The position numbers and the translations under genes were made by a program. Below, one piece after another: positions 37,401 to 51,300 of a DNA stretch of 64,000 nt; position 1 is the first letter of the stretch, and every line of letters begins with the position of its first letter. The notes beneath the pieces were generated by a model that saw only the letters and a program-made list of their open reading frames with translations, made no database searches and was not told the DNA's origin. Origin of the DNA: Tubiluchus corallicola (lineage: Eukaryota > Animalia > Priapulida). The stretch covers positions 248,001 to 312,000 of the forward strand of contig JAQGDQ010000168.1 of the NCBI GenBank assembly GCA_030141605.1. Direction: 5' to 3'.

Positions 37401-38554
37401 TTAACAATAAGGCGGATGTTGTTTAGCTTTCTTAAAAACGTTGGCTATGATTTTTTGTAGAAACAAAAAGTACATTAAAATTGATTTTCCTTGTTCGTCA
37501 AAAAATTTCATGTTGTGGCACATAGCCAGTCATAGAGTTGCTGTTAAATTATTTATAAAGTACAGTAATTGCCCTAAGAAAAATATTTGTTTTTTATGTT
37601 GTCAGACTGTTTACAACGCTACAGTAATTGTCCGAAGAAAAATAATTGTTTTTGGTTAGAAAAGATAGAACTTCTTAGCTATTTATAAATACTCCCTGGC
37701 GAAATAAATAATTAAATTGGGCTATCGCACAAATTCGAAATTTACATAAACTAGCACTACATTTATAGCATGAAATTTTTTAAAGCCGTACTGCATGCTT
37801 TAGTTGCATTAAACATAATATGCAGTTAATTAAATCTCTTGTTAATAGTTTAAGTTCGTAAGAGTAATGGTTAGTCGTTAAAATTAGAATTTGTTGTATT
37901 TTTAATGAGCTAACGGGATCATTGTATGATAATATTAACTTTTCCCTAAACTAGAATGTTTTGTAACTGTTATCACTAGGAGACTTAACGGCAGACCATA
38001 TTTTTAATTCAACTCCTTTATAAACGCCTATCACAGCTTGCACAAATCTGCACAACAGTCCTTTATTTTCAAATCAAAAATGTGTTCCTTTGTGGAGCTA
38101 TTACTGTAGTGGATAAACAATCTTAGGACAAGTCAATCACGTGACTGGCGGAAACCAATGCAGTTGCCTAGTTGGGTTTTTTTAACGAGCAGATAGGCCA
38201 ATGATCAAATCAGGACTGTGTTCACAATCACAACATAACATATCCTTATAATACAGTATTATTAACCTACTTGTTTGTTAATATGACTTGTAATTGTTAA
38301 TGTTGAGTAAGTATGTATGTTATAGTGTAACTGTGCAAAAAGTGTAGTTAATGCTTAGCAAAAATAACAGTTATTTGTTATAGCCACAATTACAAAATAT
38401 ACTTCTTTGGTTTCTTTTTAATTTTTTTAAATAAGCTTCAGTAAAGAAAATTCATTTGTTTTTACAACGTTTTCAACACAATCACGCGGCAGTGCATTCA
38501 ACTAAAACGTTTTGATTTTGAATGAAACTTCGCAAGTTTAGATAGAAACTACAG

Positions 38555-38682
38555 TCATTCATTCATTCATTCATTTGTTCGACCATTCATTCCTCGGGCA
38601 TTTAGTCAGCCATTCATTATTTCTTTAGTCAGTTGTTTATTGTTTCATTCGTTCATTCATTCACTCATGCATTGATTCATTT
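38555..38682. repeat. Degenerate (CATT)n tract
   Basis: Recurring attcattc units. Confidence 0.8.
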
Positions 38683-39068
38683 AATATTTCATTTCAATAT
38701 AATATTTTTATTTAAAATTACTATACACTCACGCAGTCACAATTCACTAGTGATAAATTACGTTAAAAACTGAGTCCTTTTATCAATCCAACGGTTTATC
38801 TTCACAAACTTTTTCTGCCGAATGATTCAATTCACAATAACGGTTTTACGTTCATCGTTTTTAGGAAGCCTCAACATGATTTACACTGACAGTCAATGTA
38901 TCTGACGTTTGCGTCAACTTTTGTCAGATCGCCCATTATAATTTACAGCCCAGTCAAACGATTTTCATTTATTGACGATACCCGCCGCTAATGTTTCTCA
39001 AAGAACTCTAGGTGCTTTTCTAGGCCCCATTCCGAGATAGAAGTTTGCTCAATCAATCAATATATATA

Positions 39069-39495
<427 letters not shown>

Positions 39496-41234
39496 GTGTG
39501 TGTACGTGATTTTTTTATTTAACACAAAAAATATTCATAGTTTATAATTGAATACACATCAAGTACAAAAGAGTGGGAAAGTGAAAAAGAAAGAAAAAGG
39601 GCAAGAACGGGGAAAAAGAGAGAGGTACAAGACAGAAATTTCTTCCAAAGCAACTATCGAAATGACAGTTTGTTAAATTATGCCACAGATTATTTTTACA
39701 TGGCTCTTTATATGCCATTTCACCATTTTACATGAACTTGCAGTTAATTAAGACAGGACCTGGCTATTAAATTGATGAGTGACTTTCGAGACAGCTGGTA
39801 CTGACGTAATTTTTCTCCCCGGCTCTTTATTTCACTAATGTAGGATGTCCGAATATAGCCACGCGCACGCAACACATCTCTGCAAGTTTTGGGTTTCATC
39901 TTAAAAGATGATCCTTGATAAGTAGCGAGATTCTCGTCCTACCGCAATCACCTACAATGAGTGAGCTTCCCGGCTTACTGTGCGCCGCACAGTACAAAAA
40001 CTATATAAAAATTCAACACAAGATTCACATTATTGTATGCAGTAGATATCATTTTATTTAAATTGTAATATTGCAACCGTGGTCAGGTTCGAATTTTTTC
40101 TTGTAACTTTCTACATCATTAGTGAAATGCACATGATGATGAAACGACTTGTAAAAGGTCAATTAGTTGACAGAATTAACTCATTTCGAGTTGTAGTAAC
40201 AACGTTCGCAATCAAGTTACCGGATGTAGACTAAATGTCTTGTGAAAATCGTCTCTATTTACTATTAAGTTTATCAAGGGTCCTGCTGTTTTCATTGCAG
40301 TCCACTGAATGGCATTGTAAAGTAGTTTTCAGCCTAACGTGTACTGTGGAACAAACACAAAAAAAAGGAAAACAAAAAGAACGAAGGAGATAAAACAATA
40401 GCCAACTACAAAAGTACGATGAAAGACACCTTCTGTCTGAGTGCTGGACAATTTTTTTATAATTTTACAAGCAGGTGGTAACGGACTACACCGTTTAGTG
40501 ATTAAAAATGGAGTTCGGAGTTTCATTGCAGTCCTCCATACATAATACTTAGTCAAACAAAACATTTGGCTGTTAGTTACGGTGTCCAGTGTAACTACAA
40601 CATGCCATCTACTTCGCGAAATTTGCCACCATTGACACGGCTGTGTCTCAATACATAAATGAAAAAATAATAAGTACCAGCCTTACTTTAAGGCCGATAA
40701 GGTTTTTGACACCACGGATTCATGCAATGAACTTACTTCCGTTACTTATGAAAGTGTAAAATCAAATAAATTGTAAAACCCAGTACGACAACTAAACCAC
40801 GGCATATTTGTTCCAAACACATAAGTATTGTTTACAGGCCATGGCTTTTCACCAGTTTTAAATTCCATTTTAGCGTTTTTTTTCCGAATTATTTATTGAC
40901 TGCATTACAAATATGTTATTAGCAAGCTTCAATCTGATCCTCAAAGACTTGCGCAAAATTTGCAAAAATCGATTTTGCTTCAATTAAAGAAGCCAACATC
41001 TGATAAATTAGTACAAGGCGTATAGACTGCATCTTATCTGCTCTAAACCTCGGCTTGAACGCCGAAAACTAAATAACTAAGATCCGATATTAAAATTTTC
41101 ACGAAAGAATCGTTCTTTTTGCGGACTTTTAAAAACTAATTAACTCCCAGAAGTTTGTGTGTGCGTTGGTTAAAAATGACATCGTTCATTCAGTAGGCAA
41201 ACTAATCGCAGTGGTACAGTGTAGCAAATTCTTC

Positions 41235-41370
41235 CCCTTTCTTTCTCTCTCACCTCTCTCTCTTCTTCTTTTTTCTTCTGCTCCCTTCCTCGTCATGTCT
41301 CTTTCTACCTTGCTCAATTCTTTATCTTTCTCCCCTTCTCTCTTGCTTAATCTCTCTCTCGCTCTCTCCA

Positions 41371-41407
<37 letters not shown>
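41235..41407. repeat. (TC)-rich low-complexity tract
   Basis: Imperfect, then perfect, tctctc runs. Confidence 0.9.
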
Positions 41408-43009
41408 GTGACACGCGCGTTGCATATGCGTGTGTGTATTCTGTTTTTTGCCTCTCCCGCCTTTTTACATCTTACTCTTATTCCCAGTCGACCATTTCAG
41501 GCTATCTTCTCGATATGACATGGAGATTGTTAATATTATAAATATTATAATAAGGCTACATTAAACAATTTGCAACAGAAAATCTGACAAACCTTATAAA
41601 CCCACTAAACAGATTATTTAGGGGATTATTTGGTAGCCTACTGTTCATATTTGTTTATGTATCAAGCTGTCTTACTCAGTATGAATAGCTTCTGTGTTTC
41701 ACCCACTTTCACTAGTTTAACCCAATTTTCTCAACTGCCGCTTCCAGTTAAGTGATCTATGCTCGAATATGAAGACTTTTATTAAGATAATTTTCCTGTG
41801 AATTGGGAATTTAGTAATCTAATACCTGATAATTTACAATAAATTACTTGCCGGCTGTTTGAAAACTGCACAGTCAAAAGACTAGAAAGACACACAAAAT
41901 ATCTTATTCTAAATCGTGTCACATAGAAAGACTTTTTACAGATTAGCAAAATCGAACTAAAATACAGACTAGCTACAAACTTTCCAACTTTACAATCCAT
42001 AACATATTTTCAGAATTACAAGTGGTCATTTCATTAGAAGTTGCTCTACATTTTATGTTGTTGTTGTTGTAGCATTGTCTTCAGAAAAAGCAGATTATTT
42101 GTTTGCGTTCGTTTTCTGTAGCAGACGTGGGTCAAGCCACCAACAGCTTCAAGTCGTTCTGTACTTTCATTTGCTTGATATGAATGAGTCAAAAATTTGT
42201 GACGTCTAAATTTTTGTACAGCAATATTTCTTTGACTTATGTCTGAAAACTTTCAGCATTGGGTACAAATACAAAAAGAACATATAACAAGAATTTTTAA
42301 TCTTAGAATACTTATTAATGGATAAAATTGTAGATTATAAGAGGGAAGCAACATAAGTACTTTTATTTTGCTAAGTAAAAATGAACTTAAATGAGTTTTC
42401 TATATTGACAATATAGTTGACAATATATTGACAACAGTATCAAACTATTAAGTACCACTTTCCTAATTGGGAAACCATCTCACGATTTTGCAGTAATAGT
42501 ATAAATGTCATACCTGCGCTTGCCCGATAAGAGTTTTCACAACTGAACATTTCTTGTTGAAAAAACAACTAGAAAGCTTTTTGTGAACTGTTAAGTTGAC
42601 ATTTAGCCGCAATCTACAGCGCAGTTTTTCTCTGAGAGTAAAGTTGCAACGTGTGAACGGTCTGGCATTTGAACGCGCCATTAGGAACTATTCCGCATGC
42701 AAATTATTGTGACTTACTGGTGCGGATCTATTGCAAATTTCAGATACACAGACTTTATACAACAGGTTTTCTAGCTAGGCTGTATTTTCCAAAACATATT
42801 AACATCCTAATTTGTGGGACTTTAAATTCATTGTAACTATTGTTGTCATTAAGCATTAATCTGTGTTATGTATTAGTACAGATCTGTATAAAGAAGAACG
42901 TTTATTGACCTATCCAAATGCTGTCCTTTAACGTGCCTCACAGAAGTAACCACTCATTGCTCTTTAAATATTGCTGCAGAGTACCATAAACACCGCAAAC
43001 AATAAATCA

Positions 43010-43191
43010 ACGTCAGCAACAGCAAAACAGCAATAGCAGCAAAAGCAGAACAGTAACAGCGACGACAACAAGCACCACGACAATGACAAAAATAACAACA
43101 GCAGCAACAACAACAACACTATAATCATTATCATCATCATCATTATCATCGTCGTCGTCGTCATCATCATTATCATCGTCATCATCAGTAA

Positions 43192-43259
<68 letters not shown>

Positions 43260-43350
43260 ATGGTAGCAGTAGCAGCAGGAGGGGCCGCAATGTTAACAAC
43301 AACAACGACAACAGCAATGACAACGACAATGGTGACAACAACAACAACAC
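43010..43350. repeat. Compound trinucleotide microsatellite (ACA/GCA, CAT, CGT, AGT)
   Basis: Visible blocks, including (AGT)n at about 43192-43258. Confidence 0.95.
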
Positions 43351-46104
43351 CAAGAAGGTTATTATGTACAAGGACAGTGTCATCAAAAGCAATTACACCT
43401 ACGATCTGCTCTGAAAGGTCATTTGGGTGTCATGAGTAATAACAATTCTTACATTTTTCAGTAATTATTGTGGCTCACGAACAATATTAATTACAGTGAC
43501 ATCGACAATGATATTATCAACAACAACAACAACTCCCCCTCAATGCTAAAAGGTCATCATCTTACTAATGACACCTCTTACAATTACAAGAATCCTTTGG
43601 CTGAACTACGGAATCCTTTATTCTTCTTATTATTATGAGCTTTTAATCTGCCATTATAGTCGATTATAGTGATTCCGAATTCTATCGAATGTGAGCGTCT
43701 TCTGCATTCTACAATATAAACTACAGACTTCTGCATTATTGCCTGTAAGTCATTACCATGTTTATTATCTTTCAAATGCTACCTAATAGGGGTTGATTAA
43801 GCGAATTAGATGACAGGGAGTTTTGGGAATTGTCAGTAAAATGCAATTAAAGCTTCATAAATAGTTTTTCCACCAAAACAGACTTCTGATCAAAATTTTT
43901 GTTTTAATTCGTTTGAAAGATATTACTGAAAGAAACTATTAGTGAAAGTAAAAGCACGTGTATTATTGATTTTAATTGATACAACAATTAGAGCCAGTGT
44001 AATGTTTATTTTACAGTTCCACAGTTATTTCACAATTATTTTAGGGCGAGTAAATTAACACTTGGAAACGTTAGATTGGTTGGTGAGCTACTGGGATTGA
44101 ATAAAGATCGGTCAGAATCATAAGGGGCTGTATAGTTTAGTTATTTGACCTATAATCAAAATCTCTTGCTCAAATCCAGGCTAATTAGTATCTTTTTCAT
44201 ATTTTAGTTTTGTTTGAAATTTAGTAAATATATAGCGCCGGATTCATTCTATCATTTATTAAAATTCTGTAATCTTTCACGTGGTTACTCTTCTACCTAA
44301 AATTGGATTAAAAGTGAAGTTACACGGTAAACAATTTGTGTTTTACATTATCCAAAATTTCTAAAATTTATTCAGTTTTAGCTCATTCAATTTTAGCCTG
44401 ATTTTAGGCTGATAATACAAAGAGTAACTTTATGAAACGTTTCAGAATTTTGATTAAATAATTACGTGCTATGACGCCAGCTTTTTGTTCAGCTCACTCT
44501 GTCATTCGAGATTTCTGTTTTTTTATTGGGCGAAAAGAATCGCAAAAATTTGTTGTAAATTGCCAAGAGCGCTTGATTTTTTCCTGTAACGAAAAATGGT
44601 GACTATACACCATTCGGGGAGCAAATTGTTTTTGTTAAATCTGAAATACAAAACATTCAAATAAAAAGCTGCTCATTTGTTATTGATTTTTTTCCGCGGG
44701 CTGTTCCGTACTTGCAAACCGAATCCGCATAACAAAAACGCCACTTTTGAAAGTTTTAATGTTGTTTACATGTTAAAAAGTGAGAACCTGCAAGGCCGAA
44801 ATCTGTCTAAAAATAAAATTCTCCAACATAAGTGGATTACAGTTGAAAGTAGTCTTGAATTTGCTGCCGCTCGGAATTAGTTTATTTCATTGCAAGCCTC
44901 TTCAGCTGGCGACGCTTTGAATACAGAATAAGATAAATTGTTTTATTTGAAGTGGGAATATTTCGTGTTTACGTTTTCATGGCTTAGTTTTCCATGCGTG
45001 GTTATTTAACGTGCTCTTATGATACCCACCAGTTGTGAAAACACATTTCAGGCGACATTGAAATGCAAAAGTGAAAACAGATACAAAGAAAAAAAAGAAC
45101 GACAACAACCAAAATGCCTTTCCGGTACAGTAAAATTATTGAGTCGGAATGAGGCAGCAGTTTCGTGGAATGTAAAAACACTATAGTCAGAATTCTGCAG
45201 TTGCATTTTTGAACAGAGTTCAAACGGACGTGCTCAAATCTAAGTGAATTGTACACCACTCGATAATGATTCAATTGCGTGTAATATCATCAGTTTCTAC
45301 TGTAGCAATAAAAATATTTATATTAGTCTTACCTGCTGTATTAGTACACGTAATAAGCAATTTATAGGGAATGCAAAAACGTAAAACAAAAACATATAAG
45401 ATATTTCAGATTTTTATATAATTTGATGTTGTTATATTTGGTCTATTGGGGAAATTTTGGAGAAATTCCTGTGTGATTTTTACTACTATAATGAGTATAA
45501 AATAATTGTTCATTGTGACAACAGCTCTTCAAATGTTGCTTCACAAAATCGTACAGGCCTAGTTAGCATTATTTTGCAGCGGAAGTTTTTCTTAAATACA
45601 ATGGCAGGCTCATTGAGAGAAAATTCAACATTCTCAAAATTGGTTTTGCGTTTTAATTGACCCGCGAGGCTATACGCCATTGTAACACCAGATGGCTAGA
45701 TAAACTTTACGGTGCGAAATCCTACATACGTTTGCTTTTTGTTTTCCTCTATAGAATTGTATGCAAATGTAGAGCGAGAGATATACTAAAAATGGCATCT
45801 TCTCAGTTGGCATAATCTCAAAGTAGTTAAGTCCTCTTTTCCGTTTAGGAAAGGTTAACACCTACGAAAATTTTCTGCATGGTTTTGCCAAGTTCCCTGA
45901 TGTATCATCGGCCGCGCGGCTGCCGGTTGAGATGGACGGTCAGGTCAAATCTAAACCCAGCTTAGCTCACTCAAAGAAGTTTAACAAGAAAATGAGCTAC
46001 TAAAACGGGTTTTACTTGTGCTGCCTTCAACCACACGTTTAACGCCAGCAATTGTTGCAGTTGATGTTGTACAGTGTAGCCCTGTTTCCTCTTTCTAAAG
46101 TGCT

Positions 46105-46507
46105 ATATATCTTCTTCCGAGAGTCCCACCAGGCGCCGCTAGAACGTTTTTTCTATAGGCTGTTTGGCCAAAATTTCGAAAAATCGGGAGCTGGGTCCGG
46201 GAAAACGCACGTTACGTAACACCGTGGCCCTCCCCCGGATTCTAAATATGACTATGACACCCACCGTTGAACGGACTATTTAACCATTACCGGCACCATG
46301 CCAGGCACATTCCCGTTCTCCAGAAATTTTTGCGAATTGCAATTTTTTGGAGGTTTTTCGACCCCGTTCCTCCCGGTGGGCCCGATTCGAAAAATAAGCC
46401 CCCAGGTGCAAACCCTTGGATAGAGACCTTTCGTTTGACGTATAGATCGTCAAAAATGGTGCCGTCGTCGCAGCTGTAGCCTCGTCGGTTATATATATAT
46501 ATAATAT

Positions 46508-46575
<68 letters not shown>

Positions 46576-46612
46576 GTACATATATATATAATATATATAT
46601 ATACAAATTGTA
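46105..46612 (+). mobile_element. GC-richer interspersed element ending in a (CATATA)n/(TA)n microsatellite; possibly Helentron/DINE-like
   Basis: Sharp GC-rich block at 46110-46490 in AT-rich context, followed by (CATATA)n at about 46512-46575. Class is inferred only. Confidence 0.45.
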
Positions 46613-46896
46613 AATAAATTGCGACAATTATGCAAAATAAAAGAACTGTTAATAACGCATGTGTCAATAAATCAATAACATATTTTCTAATTGTATAACA
46701 ATTTCACTATTACTAAATTTTATTGTTCAATTACAGAGCAGGATATACCAGAAAGAATAATAAGCAAAGCTCTCACCAGCAAGTCTCCAAAGAAATCGAA
46801 AACAGTAGTCGATTTTGCTTTAACGATAAAATAGTTAGCGTTTTTCACGAGGACGAAAACTGTTATCACAAAATCGATAAATACTAAATCAGTTTT

Positions 46897-48051
46897 TCAT
46901 AATTTGGCGTGAGCCGAAAATGAAGCCATGCTTGGAATTCTCCCCAGGGAAACCGAGGAAACGTTCCTAGTTAAACCAGCGGGAATGTCACGACTAGAAA
47001 GTTTAAGAAATGTTATCACTACACTTCGCTTTACTTCATTATATCTAAAGCCGTATATCAGAGGGCTGATCATAGAAGCCAGCACTGGTAGCATGAAGCC
47101 AGCCACGATCAGAAATCGTTCACTGTAAGAATGCTCGTGGACAGTTGGCTCTATGTGCAGCACCGTGTATACAATGATAGGTATGTACGATACGGCAAAC
47201 GTGACAACAATCAGTACTATAGTAAATATGGCTTTGATCTGTTTCCTTGCTTGATTTGGAGTGTTTTGCCCAGACGAGTTCAGAATACGTTCACGTCGGC
47301 AGATGACAATGTAGATGTGACTGTACATGACACCCGTTTGTACCACACCAAAAATAAGCAGGACGACGTAGAATATGTTGGACCAGTGATGATGGTAACC
47401 ACCAGAATACACGCAAGTGAACTTGGAATACCAAAGTTTGAGCAAGTCGTCGGAGAACCCGTTGTTAATCTGATCTCTGATGGAGATGAAAATCACCACA
47501 AGGCAGAAGAAGCCAGAAAATACCCACGTTGTTATTACGGCTATGAACGTTCTTCGTCGAGTCACCTTGTTCTTGCAATGCAACGGGGTTATTGCGCTAA
47601 CGTATCGTTCTGCGGACAACAGTAATATATTCAACGATGATATTAAGAAACTGGACGACGGCAGAGAGAAACTGAGCCAACACGAGCCAATACTTTTAGG
47701 AATGAGTTGAAAATACACGTACAACGCTTTGTTAATTCCACCTAGTCCTTGGATAATATCAGCAGCAGCAAGACTGTTAATGATAATAAGAGAAGGCTTC
47801 AGTTTCTTCACGTTCAATAACGTGGACACTATGATCAACGTGTTACCCAACACTGCCAGAATTCCAGCAATTAGGGTCAGCGAGTACAGGACTCCGATTG
47901 ATATTGGATCGAATTCACGCGGTAGATGCGTCAGAAACGCTAGCACCTCATCTCGAAATGACACGTTTGCCGCTTCGGTGCAGTTCATAAGAGGAAAGAA
48001 ATCGTGCTTTCCTATCAGTTTATCCGACAAAAAAAGGCTCCCGCTTTTCAT
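46897..48051 (-). CDS. Rhodopsin-family (class A) orphan GPCR with intronless CDS, 384 aa
   Basis: Seven hydrophobic helices with GN (TM1), SLAAAD (TM2), C...SAERY (TM3), W (TM4), ECL2 Cys, FAVSYIP (TM6), SPLIY (TM7). N-glycosylation sequons in the N-terminus, Ser-rich tail. Minus-strand AATAAA at 46719-46724. Confidence 0.95.
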   Translation of the reverse strand: MKSGSLFLSDKLIGKHDFFPLMNCTEAANVSFRDEVLAFLTHLPREFDPISIGVLYSLTLIAGILAVLGNTLIIVSTLLNVKKLKPSLIIINSLAAADIIQGLGGINKALYVYFQLIPKSIGSCWLSFSLPSSSFLISSLNILLLSAERYVSAITPLHCKNKVTRRRTFIAVITTWVFSGFFCLVVIFISIRDQINNGFSDDLLKLWYSKFTCVYSGGYHHHWSNIFYVVLLIFGVVQTGVMYSHIYIVICRRERILNSSGQNTPNQARKQIKAIFTIVLIVVTFAVSYIPIIVYTVLHIEPTVHEHSYSERFLIVAGFMLPVLASMISPLIYGFRYNEVKRSVVITFLKLSSRDIPAGLTRNVSSVSLGRIPSMASFSAHAKL

Positions 48052-48479
48052 GTCAAAACGGTTTACGACACAGTTGAAGATTAATGGCTTTGAAAAAGAT
48101 AGAAAATACCTCCATTAATTCCTCGGAGTCGTAACTCCCGCAAAAACTCATTAATCACAATATTTTTATAAGTTTATGAGTAAATGCTAATTTAATATCA
48201 AATCCAAACGAGAAAATTTCAGTTTTGCAGCAACTAAGCATCAGATCCTTGTAATACAGGGTAGTCGTCTCGCGCATCAGTTGCTGTATAAAGCAGAAGT
48301 TCTTTTAAAAAACAAACAGTGCTGTTACTGAAAAGGTGGCAAGATTCGTTTCAAGTTATTCCGTTGTCAAAATTGATGAAGCGTTGAATACGTTACCTTT
48401 CTTTTTAATTGAAATGACATTCTACGTCAGATGCACGCTGACCACTTTCCTGCAAAGGTCTCTTTTTCCTTAAACATAC

Positions 48480-49275
48480 AAAAAATCACGCAGTTGTAAT
48501 GAGATGGACATAAACGAAGCTAGAATATATATGATAAATTTATAGTATTATTTTGAAGATTATCAACCAAATATGGAATAATGTATTGGTATAATGTTTA
48601 GCTAGAGAGCGCGAAAAAGTGACAGATACAGTTAGCGCTAGTGCCTCATCAAGGAGGATGACGTCTAAACAATTAAATCCCTCCCTAGAGCCACCTGTGA
48701 TTCCATGCAATACTGTCGAAAAATTTTGTATGTATGTATTGCATTAACTAGAATGAGACTCCAGTCTCATAGATTGAAAATTGAGACAGGTGGATGGAGT
48801 CGCCAACCGTTGGAAAACAGACTGTGTGAATGTGGTTCTGCCCAAACTGAAGAGCATGTTTTAACCACTTGCCCAAAAACGGAAAATCTTAGAAATGAGT
48901 TCACGGGCGTAAATTTTTCTAATTTTGTCGATGTATTTGAAAATGAACACACGTTTGAGTAACGTTACAGATTGGGTAACGTTATTTTGAGTCTAGGCCA
49001 CTGTCTTTTGTCAATCTGATATTAAGTTTCATAAAGTTTCTACCAATACATGATTAAAGAGTATTCACAGACTTGTTATCTATAGTATTGTATTTTTTAA
49101 GACAGAATTGGTGTACTGAACTATATAGCACATTGCATTTATTTTATCTTTGTTGTTCTCGACGTGTGATTTTGGTAATGTATTTTTGGACTATAATTTT
49201 TCCTGGTTACCCAATATTATAGTGTATTTTTCTCGAATTATGTAGAATTATATTCAATAAACTAACTAACTAATT
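48480..49275 (+). mobile_element. LINE 3' fragment with 3' UTR and short (ACTA)n tail
   Basis: ALTRMRLQSHRLKIETGGWSR...RLCECGSAQTEEHVLTTCP (ORF 48705..48962); ends aataaactaactaactaa. Confidence 0.85.
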
Positions 49276-50384
49276 ACTCACAGGTATTAAATTTGTATTT
49301 GCGTGTTTATCATCGAGTGGATAAAGTGACTCTGTTTATTTACATATGAAGGTTGGTATGGAATCATCTAGCTGATGGGTTTCACTGATGAGTTTTACTA
49401 CAAGAAACGGCTCTTTGCAACAGGAAGGAAGCCACATGCTGTCTGAGCATCAATCATTCAACTTCTTCGCAAACTGTAATCTACCTGACAACATAGGATT
49501 TGTTAACAATGAATGCCACGTTTGAGAAGTGCTTGCACAACCTGTCACCACTGTTAACAAATACATGATTTTTGAGCAAGGTAAAAGTCCTAATAACTTT
49601 ACCAATGGATGTTTGGGGCTTGGTCACAAATGTCTGGATTATATTCTTTTGGACGCACAGGTTTTTTGAGTGCAGATATTAATGTGGGATGTGGCCATTC
49701 AGCTGTGCCTACATGAGAAAAGTAGACACTGGACGTTGGAGTTCAGGTGCTTGGGGCACAAATGTTCTAATGACTTCTAATCCAAGATATCGGCAATTCA
49801 AGATATTTGAATATTTTCGGTTTCTGATTTTTAGTCTTGCGCTTTCTAGCGCAAATTCGTTATGTTGGAATATTTGAATCAAAGGTAGACTACGACGACA
49901 ACAATAAAAGAGGAACAGCAACAACATCAACAAGAACAACGACAACGACAGCAGCCACGAGCAGTAACAAAGCTGCAACTCACAAAATACCAGATGTGGT
50001 GGTAAAAGTGGAAAAAGCACACATAGCAACATTTACTGCGTAATAACAACGATGAATACAGTCACAGCATCAGCAGCATCAACAATTGGTATGATAACAC
50101 GATGTTTACGTATATGGCAGGCGCCTAAACGTAACTTTAGACAAATATATTTAATATAAGGGACACTGTATTAATATTAATTTTATCGTATTGTTGTTGT
50201 TACTGTTATTGTTATTGTTGTGCTATTTCTGCTGCTGTTTTTGCTTACTGCTGGTGCTTATTATCGATGTATCGGTGGTGGTGGTCGTGATGAAGATTGC
50301 TGTCGCTATCATTGGTTTGTTATTGTTGTGTTAATATATTCTTGTTGTTGATGTCATCATCACCGTTGTTTTTGTTGCTGTTAT

Positions 50385-50503
50385 AATGATGATAATGATG
50401 ATGATGATGGTGTGATGGTGATGATGGTGATGATGATGATGATGACGATGACGATGACGATGACGATGATGATGATGACGATGACGACGACGACGACGAT
50501 GAC

Positions 50504-50570
<67 letters not shown>

Positions 50571-50596
50571 GTGGTGATGATGATGATGATGATGAT
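50385..50596. repeat. (GAT)n/(GAC)n microsatellite
   Basis: Visible run. Confidence 0.98.
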
Positions 50597-50779
50597 AGCA
50601 ATAATAGCATAGAATTTCGATTCGTTTAAAAAAATAACAGTGAACATTTTCACAAGACTGCTCTAAAAAGTAAAATTATTTGACAGATAATGGATGAGTA
50701 AATGATAACATGGTCGGAAGGACGACCGACGAACAAATGAAATAGCTTATATACTGAGATTGCGGGCAGTTACTAAGGT

Positions 50780-51300
50780 GGATAGACAGACGAACAAATA
50801 AAGTATACGGATTGACAGACTGATGGACAATAGATTAAATGAATGAATTAACAAACAAGGAAACCAGGAGAAAATAAACAAAGCACAAATAGATAAGTAA
50901 ATAAATGCAAATTGAATAAGCGAGTGAGAAAGCAAGTTAATGAATGAGCGACTAAGTGAATGAATAAATGGTTGAATGAATGAAAAAAGGAAACAAACAA
51001 ATAAACTAATACGTAAGCGAAAAAACAAACAAATAAACTAATACGTAAGCGAAAAAACAAACAAATAACACGTAACCAAGCACACAAAATAAACAAGCTA
51101 AAAAGAAACAGACAGACAGATAGATAGATAGACAAAACAAATGAAGAAATATTCAAACAAACAAGCAAGAAAACAAGAAAGCAAGTAATTATCTATCTAA
51201 CTGAAAAACAGGCGACGCAAACGAGTAAAAAAACGAACAAACAAAAATAAGGAACCACACAAAACAAACACTGCAAATGAACAAGCAAACAAATAAAAAA
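50780..51300. repeat. Degenerate (AAAC/GAAT/AGAC)n tract with a local duplication of about 33 bp at 50991-51068
   Basis: aaacaaacaaataaactaatacgtaagcgaaa occurs twice. Confidence 0.85.

Noticed and set aside
46928-48118. Plus-strand ORFs overlapping the class A GPCR
   Set aside because: Antisense shadow frames without domain features.
49385-49413. ctgatgag...gaaac as a hammerhead core
   Set aside because: No closing pair for stem II and no convincing stems I/III.
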